Assembly (NCBI GenBank): GCA_030141605.1
Contig: JAQGDQ010000016.1
Coordinates: 1,056,282-1,120,281, forward strand
DNA from: Tubiluchus corallicola
Taxonomy: Eukaryota > Animalia > Priapulida
Direction: 5' to 3'
Length of the DNA stretch: 64,000 nucleotides
Shown here: positions 26,601-38,552 of the stretch, piece after piece
Numbering within the stretch: the stretch's first letter is position 1
How the letters are laid out: every line of letters starts with the position of its first letter
The notes under the pieces: model-generated
The model's input: the letters and a program-made list of their open reading frames with translations, nothing else
The model's database searches: none
What the model was told of the DNA's origin: nothing
Made by a program: the position numbers and the translations under genes

Positions 26601-29026
26601 AAAGCAATTATTACGATACTTACCCTGGGTCTGAACTCTATGAAGTTCATCCTTATGAAAGTTATGGTTATGAAACACACCCTGATGAACTGTATGCTGA
26701 ACATGGACATTATGAAGGGCATCCTCGTGAAACATACCCTGAACATGGACATTATGAAGGGCATCCTCGTGAAACATATCCTGAACATGGACATTATGAA
26801 GGGCATCCTCGTGAAACATACCCTGAACATGGACATTATGAAGTGCATCCTCGTGAAACATACCCTGAACATGGACATTATGAAGTGCATCCTCGTGAAA
26901 CATACCCTGAACATGGACATTATGAAGTGCATCCTCATGAAACATACCCTGAACATGGACATTATGAAGTGCATCCTCGTGAAACATACCCTGAACATGG
27001 ACACTATGAAGTGCATCCTCATGAAACATACCCTGAACATGGACATTATGAAGTGCATCCTCGTGAAACATACCCTGAACATGGACATTATGAAGTGCTT
27101 CCTCATGAAACATACCCTGAACATGGACACTATGAAGTGCTTCCTCATGAAACATACCCTGAACATGGACACTATGAAGTGCATCCTCATGAAACATACC
27201 CTGAACATGGACACTATGAAGTGCATCCTCGTGAAACATACCCTGAACATGGACATTATGAAGTGCATCCTCGTGAAACATACCCTGAACATGGACATTA
27301 TGAAGTGCATCCTCATGAAACATACCCTGAACATGGACATTATGAAGTGCATCCTCATGAAACATACCCTGAACATGGACATTATGAAGTGCTTCCTCAT
27401 GAAACATACCCTGAACATGGACACTATGAAGTGCATCCTCATGAAGCGTACCCTGAACATGGACACTATGAAGTGCTTCCTCATGAAACATACCCTGAAC
27501 ATGGACACTATGAAGTGCATCCTCATGAAACATACCCTGAACATGGACACTATGAAGTGCATCCTCGTGAAACATACCCTGAACATGGACATTATGAAGT
27601 GCATCCTCGTGAAACATACCCTGAACATGGACATTATGAAGTGCATCCTCATGAAACATACCCTGAACATGGACATTATGAAGTGCATCCTCATGAAACA
27701 TACCCTGAACATGGACATTATGAAGTGCTTCCTCATGAAACATACCCTGAACATGGACACTATGAAGTGCATCCTCATGAAACATACCCTGAACATGGAC
27801 ATTATGAAGTGCTTCCTCATGAAACATACCCTGAACATGGACACTATGAAGTGCATCCTCATGAAACATACCCTGAACATGGACACTATGAAGTGCATCC
27901 TCATGAAACGTACCCTGAACATGGACACTATGAAGTTCATCCTAATGAATTATATCCTCATGAAGAGTATCCTGAACATGGACACTATGAAGTGCATCCT
28001 CATGAAACGTATCCTGAACATGGACACTATGAAGTGCATCCTCATGAAGAGTATCCTGAACATGGACACTATGAAGTGCATCCTCATGAAACGTATCCTG
28101 AACATGGACACTATGAAGTGCATCCTCATGAAACGTACCCTGAACATGGACACTATGAAGTGCATCCTCATGAAACGTATCCTGAATATGGACACTATGA
28201 AGTGCATCCTCATGAAACGTACCCTGAATATGGACACTATGAAGTGCATCCTCATGAAACGTACCCTGAACATGGACACTATGAAGTGCATCCTCATGAA
28301 ACGTACCCTGAACATGGACACTATGAAGTGCATCCTCATGAAACGTACCCTGAACATGGACACTATGAAGTGCATCCTCATGAAACGTACCCTGAACATG
28401 GACACTATGAAGTGCATCCTCATGAAACATACCCTGAACATGGACACGATGCATATGAAAGCTATCCAGGCCACTATGATACGTATCCATCACATGTTTC
28501 CACAGTTGGTATTCCATTTCCACACCATACAGCTTATTCTTATGAAGGGTATCCTACAAATCAATCCTATGAACAATATCCACGTAATACTTACAACGAT
28601 TATGAATTACCTGGTACTGTTGGACACGAGACATATCCCAGTAATACTCATGGGGGCGAAAGCCTTGGCCCAGTAGTTGCCCAGGAAGAGCAGAGGCCAT
28701 ATAATCCAGAATTGGAGGAAACAAAACTTTCGGATTCCGGTTCATCTGCTTCTGGAAGAAACGGCGCTGTGGGAATGGCTACAGAAAGTACGCAATGTGA
28801 GGTGAAAGGACCAGGTCCCTCTTGCTCCGGACATTCGCACATGGTAATGGCAAATCCAATAAACTGTCGCAAGTACTATCTATGTCTGTGGCAGAACACA
28901 CCCAATGAAATGCGTGTTCCAATGAACTGCCCGGAGGGAACAGTCTTTCATCCATTCAAATACATGTGTGATGATAAGGAAAATGTTGATACATCCGTAA
29001 TATGTAAATGTGGAGAAGAGTCGTGA
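19399..29026 (+). CDS. Secreted GH18 chitinase-family protein with giant His-rich repeat linker and C-terminal CBM14 (about 1408 aa)
   Basis: Phase-consistent exons 19399-19468 (signal peptide MQGIGVCLVLVLLAGLSST), 20802-20993, 22932-23194, 23437-23561, 23826-23943, 25000-25185, 25540-25659, 25874-29026; total 4227 nt. GH18 motifs PEDIDPSTCTHI, KVLLAVGGW, FDGLNVDWEFP, KLLLGIPLFG, WIGYED, GGVMVWALGFDDF. AATAAA at 29167. Confidence 0.93.
20578..20620. repeat. (GCTT)n microsatellite
   Basis: Directly visible. Confidence 0.9.
21260..21321 (-). pseudogene. tRNA-like relic (tRNA-derived SINE head or tRNA pseudogene)
   Basis: Minus strand GGCTGCGTAGCCTGATAGGTAAAACG...GGAGGTTGCGTGTTCGATAC has A-box-like and B-box-like segments but no complete cloverleaf. 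Confidence 0.4.
24135..24970. repeat. 55-bp minisatellite, about 15 copies, in chitinase intron 5
   Basis: Unit ttagataatctaataatcttccatgccatgtagtgttccttagtttttagtgtac. Confidence 0.95.
26699..28450 (+). repeat. Coding 42-bp tandem repeat (EHGHYEVHP[H/R]ETYP), 42 units
   Basis: 30 units start between 26699 and 27917; a 15-nt insertion follows; 12 more units start between 27974 and 28436. All are in frame with the GH18 and CBM14 domains. Confidence 0.95.
28823..29011 (+). other. CBM14 / peritrophin-A chitin-binding domain
   Basis: Six-Cys pattern CSGH...NPINCRKYYLC...MNCPEGTVFHPFKYMCD...VIC. Confidence 0.88.
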
Positions 29027-30227
29027 TATGTAGCAGTAGACTAATTTGTTTTTGTGTGCCAGTCCTTGCTGTTTACCTGTGACCATGTTTAATCCCTTTT
29101 CAAAAGTGGGAGGAATAGTGTCCTAGTAATGCTTAGCAGTATCTTTTTATTACCTAGATCATTGGAAATAAATGTAATTGACTAAAGCAGCAACCGAATT
29201 GCAACAGCGGAAAACTGATAATTTCATTTCTGCCTTTTTGAACATCATCGATCAGGTTTTATTACTTGAGGTAATATTTTTTTTAAAAGGAAACACTTGT
29301 TTTGTAGCTGAGCAGAACTTCCTTAGCCTTTCGTTTAAGACTTTGGTGCTCGGTACTCTTGCTGCTTATGCCCAAAACAACTAGACCTGCTACTGCCGGC
29401 AAAAGTATATTTTTTCCAAAGTTACTAGTAGAAGCTTTAGTGTAGTTCTATAGCTTTATTTACAGTATGTTTTAGTGATAGTATTTATGTTGCTAGTAGT
29501 TGATTTAGGCCAAAGCTACAGAGCTATAATCTGGTTTTTTTCCTTCATTAGCTGGTTCTGTTTCGATTACTTTATTCCTCAAACTGATTTTAAAAACAAG
29601 TGATTTTCTCAACATTATTATCTGTATATTCGTGCCAAAATTTGGGCATCGTTAACTTATTGATTATAATGATTTCAGTTTATAATTCCTAATACAATTT
29701 AAATTACGCGTAAGTTCAAAATTTAAATAAAAAGAATTTTTGTGCATGAAATTAATGTTATGTTGTTATAGCAACGTTCACTTTGTTGTTGATGTTTTGT
29801 CGTTTATTGTTAAGACAGAATGCATCTTTTGCATACCGTTGTTGTTATCCTTGTTAATAGTATTGTTATTATTTTTGCATAAAATTGATTTTGAATTATG
29901 CACATTCTAAAGCGAGCAAAATGACATTAAGATTGGAGTACACTGTAAAAATGAATAAAAATTATGCCCAATAGCGTAATTTTTGTAATTCAGTTTTATT
30001 AATAAAGCTATAATGCAAAATCGTTGAGTATTATGATAATTTTTATTATTTGTACAAAAACTACATGTTGTTATCGCAATTGTGACATTTTAAGGCCGTT
30101 TTTATATATTTGTAATAAATCTATATACAAAACTAATTCTAAGGACTTAATCCAACAGTAAAATTTAACATTGCAATTTTTTGATAACCGGAAGTAAGTA
30201 ATGCTTCATGCATGCCCTGAATTTAAC

Positions 30228-32559
30228 TTAATAACAATAACATCGTTGGCCACCTACTGGACGATGTAAAGTGTTATCATGGCGAATCGGACTCGTTGAA
30301 TATCCATGCTGTCGGTATTTACTGGGATGGCCGTAGCTGTAATCGTCGTTAGCATATCCGCCATTGTGATAAGTTTTCGTTGATGGATAATCGTAGCCGT
30401 AGCCGTCGTAAGAATGGCTTAATATTGGTCGAACTATGTCGTACTTGTATAACGTTTCTGGTTGATAATATTCATGGCCTTCCCTAGGACAAGAAGCAAA
30501 GCATTTAATTATGTTCATCGACTTGTTAATTAAACTATATTAACCCCGATGTATATACTCGGTGTAGCAATAGATGCATTTCAAAAAAAGAGTTAAAATT
30601 CAAGCGAGACCACGTGACTAAAATACACATGCAATCGCTGCAGTTGGGTGTTTAAATAAACTTGTTATTCTTTATAGTAAAATATTTCGTTAAAATATTT
30701 TTATAGTAAAAGAGAAATAAAAAGCGGTTTCTACTGAAAAATTTTCGTATGTCTACGATTTAACTTCTAATAAAGTCATAACTTACTTTACTGATATTTT
30801 GGTAATTGGTTAAAAATATATTAACATAGCTTCTGTTTTAATAAATTTAATAATTTTACGAAGTGCACTGTAGTGACATCTATTAACGAATAAGTTAATT
30901 AATCAGTGTTCTGTGCCCACTGCGAACCTTACAAACTGGTTTTAGGCATGATTGCGTTATCCATCGTTAAACAAGAAATTTAATAATCACGATCAAGTGA
31001 ATTTAAACAAGTGAACAGCTGTTTTAAAAGCAAACAAACTAAGTATGATTTCAGTAACACTTGATTTCAGACAATGTTGTTCATATAATTTGCCAGATAA
31101 TTACTATCAAAACAATTTGTTACTTTTTGGCGCTTGTTAAATTGCAAAACAATATAATAAGTTTCAGCCGTTTTGAATTATAACTTTAGTTTAGTTTTGT
31201 TTAGTTTTGTCTGTATGCTTACTTGTAATCGTAGTCGTAACCTCTAGATTTTGCTGAGGTCTCCTTCGCGTAGGATTTATCTTGACTAGTCAAAGTTCCG
31301 TGAGCCCGACCAGAGCGAGAAAATGAGGTTTCGCTACTTTTCTGCCCATCTCCTTCCAACTTGCCTTTGCTCACCGGTCCGTACGTTGTGGTGTGAAAAT
31401 AAGTTTTTGGAGCTGGTGCTACTTTGTGATAGGCTGCTGTGTTGCCCTTATAGCCGTGTGGAACAGCACCTCCGGGAGCAAACGCCACATCGTTCCGGTA
31501 CGATGGCCCACTGGCGCTTACCATGCTAAGTACAGCAACGGCTAGAACGGCAACAAGAATCGTATCCCTGCAACGAAAATTTGCATTAGCCTTGTGTTAA
31601 GTGCACAGGTAAGAAGTGTATCATCATCATGATCATCGCCGTCGTCTTCATCGTAGTTGCATTCATCATTCGTCATTATCATCATCAAAACAGCAGCAGC
31701 AGCAACAGCAATAGCAACAACGACAACAACAACAACAATTACTTCTACAACTACATTACTATTACTGCTACTGCTACTAAAACTACAACAATAATTACAA
31801 CAACAGTAGCATGATTAACAGTAACAACGACGGTAGCATCAGCAACAAGCAACATCAACATTATAACTACCCGGAACTGGTATTTGCCAGATGATAAAGT
31901 TCCCAACTCTTACAAGCATGGGTCTAAATTCAACTTAAAATTTGAAACAAAAACTTTTGCAAAATTTAGATTTACAGTTTAAGAACGTGGTCCTAATTCT
32001 GAATTTTCGCATCTTTTTAACATGTTTATTTAAAAAATCAATTAATTGAATAAGCTTTGAAATCAGTAATGAGCATAAGTATCCACTTTTTTAAAGAAAA
32101 TTGCACAAACGTGGATGTAAAAATACGTCAAAAGCTTGTTGTGCGCTTCAGTACTAAGTTCGCACTATAATTTGCAAATTTTACAAATAAATTTACATTT
32201 CATTATTAACAAGAAGATAATATTATTAGATAACATTATTGTAATCCTTTTATAGAATATTTCAATTACAAGCTGTTATTTCGATACTATTTTTGTAGTT
32301 TTAAACTTCAAATCAAACGTTTGCACATTTTTTTTTAAATTGATTATTTATGCTGACTGCTGAATTGAGCAAATTAGACTAGACTGCTGATCAAAAATTT
32401 TAAACTTGCTAATAAAAAACATTTTCAGAAAATGAATAGGACTCTGTGCATCGTTAATTTATAAAGCTAGCAACTAAATGACTTTTTACAGATTTATCAA
32501 AATCATTCAAACGTTTACATCAAGTTTTGAAATAAAAAAACAGTTACTCGCACTTACAT
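30228..32559 (-). CDS. Secreted Tyr/Gly/His/Ser-rich low-complexity protein (200 aa), putative structural matrix protein
   Basis: Exons 32558-32559 (AT), 31223-31567 and 30228-30483; GT-AG, phase-consistent, 603 nt. Protein MDTILVAVLAVAVLSMVSA-SGPSYRND...YDGYGYDYP...RCYCY*. TATAAA upstream at 32642-32647 (-). Confidence 0.8.
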
Positions 32560-32610
32560 TTTGAAGTTTTGCTCTCTGACCGTAGGCCTGCGATTGTGGA
32601 ACAATTTGAC

Positions 32611-32648
32611 AACTGTGGCAGTCGGGAAAATGTGGAAAGCATTTATAG
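32611..32648 (-). promoter_or_regulatory. TATA box plus Inr-like element of the 200-aa secreted protein gene
   Basis: CTATAAAT (minus, 32641-32648) about 30 nt upstream of ACAGTT (32611-32616) and about 85 nt upstream of the start codon. Confidence 0.6.
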
Positions 32649-33696
32649 AGGCCAATTAGAAACGTCCTCCAAATGATAGCGGTCATGGCGTAAAAACTGG
32701 GTGCCAATTTCAGGAAAATGCACTAGTTTCTGGGCGGAAAATTACCATCGTTAGCGTATATACAGGATATTAAGCCCTACATTTATAGACAATAACGCTG
32801 TGTTAATGTTTAAAGGTTTCCAGCAAGAAACACGGGTTAGTTGTTCGTTTTTTTCTATTTTTATGTGTTAGGCAAACGTGGACACCAAAACTTTAGTATA
32901 AATTATCGAAACTTCAGTATAATGACGAATTGGTTTATGACAATTTATAAGTGACTCCTCAATTAGACATATTACGTACGTTGTGTTTCAGGAAATGATA
33001 ATTCGTTGTATTTTCTAAAAAATAATCATATGTATCTGTAAACTTAATAAAGATTTAAATTGTTTATTACAGAAAAATATCCGTTTCATAGACAGATCAT
33101 TGTATAACAAGTTTCAATAAATTTTTATTAGAAAAATGCAGTGTTTCTACTACATCATTTCCGGCCACCCGTCTTACTTGAATACACAGTTACTTTGCAA
33201 ACCTTTCAATTATTATGTCTTTTTTCGCTATATTACATCAACCCATATACATTTGTACCTCTAATGATATCGAAAAAGCAAAATATTTAATGACGACTAC
33301 GTGTTTTAACAAGCTCGGTTATACGTGTTAGCAACTTGTGCAACTTAGCAACAACGAACATGATAGCAACTTTTTGACATTTGTTTTAAACTTACGAATT
33401 CTAATTAATATTACTCTAATTAATAGCAGTTGTGAATTGAGTTCGATTCCTCCAATGTTCACTGTTTAAATAAGTACTTGACTGTGGTTACGTTGTGCTG
33501 ATGCTTTGCTGCTGTTATTCACTATGAGATTTTGCAGTATTATTTGTTCACTTAACATGCTTCATTCAATAGGACTTTCTGGACAACCCAATGCCCATTC
33601 TTAAAAGTTACGTCTCTTTGCGGTGTAGAAGGTATTGGGTTCGACTCTTCAGTCCCTTATAAGCATCTCGTTGACAAAACTAATGTCTAATGTGTC

Positions 33697-33820
33697 TAGA
33701 CATAGACATAGACATAGACATAGACATAGACATAGACATAGACATAGACATAGACATAGACATAGACATAGACATAGACATAGACATAGACATAGACATA
33801 GACATAGACATAGACATAGA
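33697..33820. repeat. (AGACAT)n hexanucleotide microsatellite
   Basis: About 20 perfect copies. Confidence 0.95.
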
Positions 33821-34777
33821 ACATTTATTTTCTCCAATTAGTTTAACATCAAACGTTTTTTAAATATTAAGTAATTATAATCATGGAGCAGGGCAGGGAA
33901 GGACCGTAGGGTCTTCTAGTCTCCTGCCATTTCTTATAAATAGATTAAGACATTAAAAATTAACGGTGATGCTGCAGATAACAAAAACAAAAACAAATAA
34001 GAAAAAAATAATAATAAAAACAGTATAAATGATACAAATTATTCAAAAAGAACTGAAAACAAAAAATAATAAAGTTAGATCTAAACAAAACAATACAATT
34101 ATTCAGTAATTAGGATTATTATATGTAGTAGTTTCAAATGGGGTCTTATTAACAGGGGAATTTGGCCAAGGTTAGTGAGTAAAGTTAAAAACTGAGAGTA
34201 CGGAAAGAAAAAAATAAGCATAAAAAGTGTAATATAGAAAAATTTATGAGAAAAAGTAACTATGAGAAAGAGCAACAATTACTTAGGAGATGAGTTTACT
34301 CTAGGTAAACTAATGTGTGGAATTATAGTACTAGTTACAAATTAGTCAGTGCGTGCCCTTGAGATGTATGCAACTAAGCAGAGTAGGACTAAACCCAATA
34401 ATTATTTGTAAACCTGTAAATTGGTGAGCAAGCTTCGCAGTAAACCGTTTGCCGTAAAAATAGATGCGCATATTATGAACAATACCAAGTTTTAAATACG
34501 AATACAGAATTTGGAGATTCTAATGTGAATTAAACGAAAAATTCAAATTTTCAAAAAATATCTTTTATCCATTAAGTTAAATCATTACTGACTTTAAAAA
34601 ACTGTTCGATACCTTTCTGACACTTTAAATCGTTTTCTCTTGATTGGAAGTTGAAGTGGTGAGAGCGAGTATCTGTGCACTATCCTGATTTTTTTGTATT
34701 TTTAATTTCAATGCCAAAAATGTTTGCTTGTTCATGTACATCATATCTATGTTAACTCGTCTTAAGAAACTGCTAAT

Positions 34778-34897
34778 GTCTACGGCCATATCACATTGAA
34801 TACACCGGTTCTCGTCTGATCACCGAAGTTAAGCAATGTAGAGCGTGGTTAGTACTTGGATGGGGGACCGCCTAGGAATACCACGTGCTGTAGACTT
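34778..34897 (+). rRNA. 5S rRNA gene, copy 1
   Basis: GTCTACGGCCATATCAC...GAAGTTAAGC...GGTTAGTACTTGGATGGG...GTGCTGTAGAC followed by TTTTT (Pol III terminator). Confidence 0.95.
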
Positions 34898-35600
34898 TTT
34901 AGCTAGTGACTATTAACTATCAAAGTGTGTGCACAACACGACCGTTTCATTTTGACAGTATTGTTTTTGATTTTTGGAAGTTGAAGTGGTGAAAATAAAT
35001 GTCTGTCTCGACATTATGTTGATTTTTTTTGCATTTTAATGTGAAAGACTATCTACTTGTTGCATTTCTCCAATATTATACAAAGTAAGGAAAAATGAAA
35101 ATAAAACTAGAAAATCAGCCACTGTCCTTCAAAAATGATTTTTGATTTTCATAAAAAATCAAAACAGATACTTTGTTACTACGTTCACCTTCATCTATCT
35201 ATTATTTCTATATTATCTGTCTATAACAAAATGCAGAAGTTAAGCAACCTCAAACCTGGTTTTGCGTTTGAATGGGTGACTGCCCGGTACTTACATTTTT
35301 CTAAATGATCAGGAAGGGTGATGACAAATGCTGTAAGATCTTTTTCACCACTCAAAAATGGATTTTTGTTCTGACAAATATTTTTAAATGAAGAATCTTT
35401 TTGCTTGTTCATGCTTGATCATTCCCATGTTTAATTATGTCATATCTAGAAGGTAATATACTTAAGCACGGTATTCAACCTCCCTGACATTTTATAATTT
35501 CATGTGATATTTCTGTTTATACTTTGCATTAAAATGCTAAAAAGGTTTACTTGTTCATGTACATCATTTCTATGTTAACTCATCTTAAGAAACTGTTAAT

Positions 35601-35720
35601 GTCTACTGCCATATCACATTGAAAACACCGGTTCTCGTCTGATCACCGAAGTTAAGCAATGTAAAGCGTGGTTAGTACTTGGATGGGTGACCGCCTAGGA
35701 ATACCACGTGCTGTAGACTT
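35601..35720 (+). rRNA. 5S rRNA gene, copy 2
   Basis: Full-length 5S with T-run terminator, 823 bp after copy 1; a few substitutions. Confidence 0.92.
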
Positions 35721-36485
35721 TTTAGCTAGTGACTATTATCTATCGAAGTGTGTGCACAACACGACCGTTTCATTTTAACAGTATTGTTTTTGATTTTTGG
35801 AAGTCGAAGTGGTGGGAATAAGTGTCTGTCTCGACATTATGTTGATTTTTATTTGCTTTGCATTTTAATGTCTAAAACTATCTAGTAGTAGTAGTAGTAG
35901 TAGTAGTAAAATCTTTATTCGCCATTATAAAACATTGACCATCATATTAAAAGACAGACAATCAGTGTTAGTCCATATAAAAAACATACACTGTTCTAGG
36001 CAAATGCGTCTGGTGCAAGCTAAACTATAAGTGCAACTAGAAATTCAAAAAATAAAATATAAACTAGTTTAGTAAGGTCTAGGAAAAATGAAATTATGAT
36101 TTGAGTAAGTATCATCGTGTTCGTATGTCGGATAATGTCAAAAACTATCTATTTGCTACGTTTCTCGAATATTACACAATGTGAAGAAAAATGAAAATAA
36201 AACTAGAAAATCAGCCACTGCCCTTCAAAAATTATTTTTGATTTTCATAAAAAATCAAAACAGATACTTTGTTCCTACGTTCACCTTAATCTATCTATTA
36301 TTTCTATATTATCTCTTTTCAACGAAATACAGAAGTTAAGCAACCTGGAACCTGGTTTGGTTTTGTGTTTGAATGGGTGACTGCCCTTGGCTTACATTTT
36401 TTTAAATGGACGGGAAGGGTTCTGACAAAAGCTGTAAAATCTTCTTCAACACTCAAAAATGGATTTTTGTTCTGACAGATATTTT

Positions 36486-38552
36486 TGTAAAACTATGTCA
36501 CGAAGATTTTGCATATTGTGTTTTTTTGTTCCACATGTGTGCGCCATTTTTGTTCCAGTGGCAAAATTCGATTTTATGCGTGATAAACAATTTACAGTTT
36601 TAAATAAATCTTTTTGTATTAAATAATTGGAACTTATCCGTGATTGTATTTATATTTTGGTACGGAACTGCCGGGAAAAGAGACCTTTAGATGAGTATGG
36701 CTGAGTGTGATAAAATTAAACACTCTAGAAGTAGATCCAAGGGTTGGGTGAAGACTGGCATAAAATTACTAAAAGAGGCGATGTCTAGTGAAACGCCTAA
36801 CTTTGTGTTTGTTCAGCAAAAATTAGAGAACCTTGGAAAATATATTGCCACCTTTAATGAAACAGAAGTGTAGTTAGAAGATTATTTAGAAGGTGAAGAA
36901 CTTGAACAAGCGATTATAGAGGCAAGTGAATTAATCAACACAGCGGAATTAATTTCTGCTCAGGCACTAAGTTTGCTAAAACCAGATTCAAGACCATGTA
37001 GTCCTAGTGATTTCCAGCGACATGCAAGTGATAATGATTTTGTCTTGCGACGAGTGAATAACTGTGATTTAGCACGTAGTGAAAGTGCAGCGAATTTACC
37101 AACTAATAATGTAGTCGGTGCAGAAGTCACCAACATAAAACTACCTAAATTGCAACTGCCAACTTTCAGTGGTGACCCATTGAAGTTTTACGAATTTTGG
37201 GACATGTTCGTTGCCTCTGTGGATGCTAAACCTGTACCAGACGTTCATAAACTTGTTTACTTAAAGAGCTTACTTAAAGGTGAAGCTGCTCATGTGATAG
37301 ATGGCCTGCAGCCTGTAGATGGCAATTATAAGGAAGCTGTTTCTTTGTTAAAGGAGAGATTTGGTGATAAAGACGCAATCGAGATGTCATTGTTAAAAAA
37401 ACTGTGGCAGTTAAAGCCCATCACCGATTCGAAAAATATTGAAGCACAAGGAAGTTTTGTAGATGAGCTTGAAGTTGTTATAAGAGGCCTCAGTGCAATG
37501 GGACTTAGTACAGAAGAATTAGGTAAAACCCTAAAACCTCTCTTTCTAGCAAAAATTCCATATGCTTGGCGTGTTGAATGGGAGTGAATGAGAAGGCGTG
37601 AAGATGACAGCGTGAAGATGACACAACATGCTTTGAAAAATTTCGACAGTTCATGAAAAGCGAAGTTGATATTAGACGAAAGGCTGCTTCATATACTCGC
37701 CATAGAGAGTCTGGTGAATTTAGTCGTCGTGCTGGGTATAAGAATTTAGGTGTGAGGAGCACCCTAGATTCAGTTTCTCTTCTTCAGTCTAGTGATTTTT
37801 GTGGAAACACCAAAAATGCGCCTACAGCTTCAAAGAATTCCCATTGTTTATTTTGTGGCAGAGCTCAACATATGTGGCTTGATTGTGCGTCTCTTCCTAC
37901 TAAGACTTTGCAAGAGCGAAAACAGAAGGTTGCTGAGCAGCACCGTTGTTTTTTGTGTCTTGGTTTAAACCACAGAGCTGATACTTGCCGTAAACCTCCA
38001 TGCAACCGATGTAGTAAATGGCATCATTATTTATTGTGCAATTCAATTGCTGGCTGCTTCCAGGTGAGTCCTTATGTTAAAAGAGGTTCAAATACTTCTG
38101 ATGCAAGTGTTGATGTTCCATCAGTTCATTTACAGTCTTTTTGTACGAATGTTGTGTTCTTAATGACTGCGACTGCTGTTTTGGAAGATACCAAATCGTC
38201 AATTCCTATTCGTGTTTTTATAAATCCTGGTGCCACTACCTCTCTTATTTTGTGTGATGTTGCAGAGCGAGCAGGTTGCGAAATTATAGGCGAGCGTAAT
38301 CTTTCGTTAGCTATTATGGGTGGACTTAGCACACCGCAACAGAAATGCCACATTGTTCGTGCTAAACTTCGAACAAATACAGGAAAAATTGTGACCTTTA
38401 ATGCCACCACCCAAGATAAACTAGTGAGACCCTTTCCGGCATGTTCTGAGGGTGATTGGTTAGGAGACTTAAAGGGCATGATCCTAGGTGACCCAGAGAT
38501 TCTTTGTGGCAATCCACGAGAAATTCATCTACTGGTTGGTATCCCCCAAAGA
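36486..38552 (+). mobile_element. Truncated, decayed BEL/Pao LTR retrotransposon (5' LTR, gag, protease) inserted in the 5S spacer
   Basis: Putative LTR about 36486-36654 with AATAAA; PBS-like TGGTACGGAACTGCCGGGA at about 36658; DUF1759-type KLPKLQLPTFSGDPLKFYEFWDMF; three Cys/His knuckles (CLFC..H...C, CFLC..H...C, CNRC..HH..LC); protease-like FINPGATTSLI. In-frame stops at 36871 and 37585; RT, RNaseH and integrase are absent. Confidence 0.9.

Noticed and set aside
26406-28676. Long overlapping alternative-frame and antisense ORFs (487, 477, 697, 193, 174 aa) across the His repeat
   Set aside because: They are a by-product of a 42-bp unit with no stop codon in those frames. They end where the repeat ends and have no domains or splice connections.
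34900-35600. snRNA or spliced-leader RNA gene linked to 5S in the spacer
   Set aside because: I could not recognise a U1, U2, U5 or SL sequence by eye; only a 5S ICR relic was evident. An Rfam/Infernal scan would settle it.
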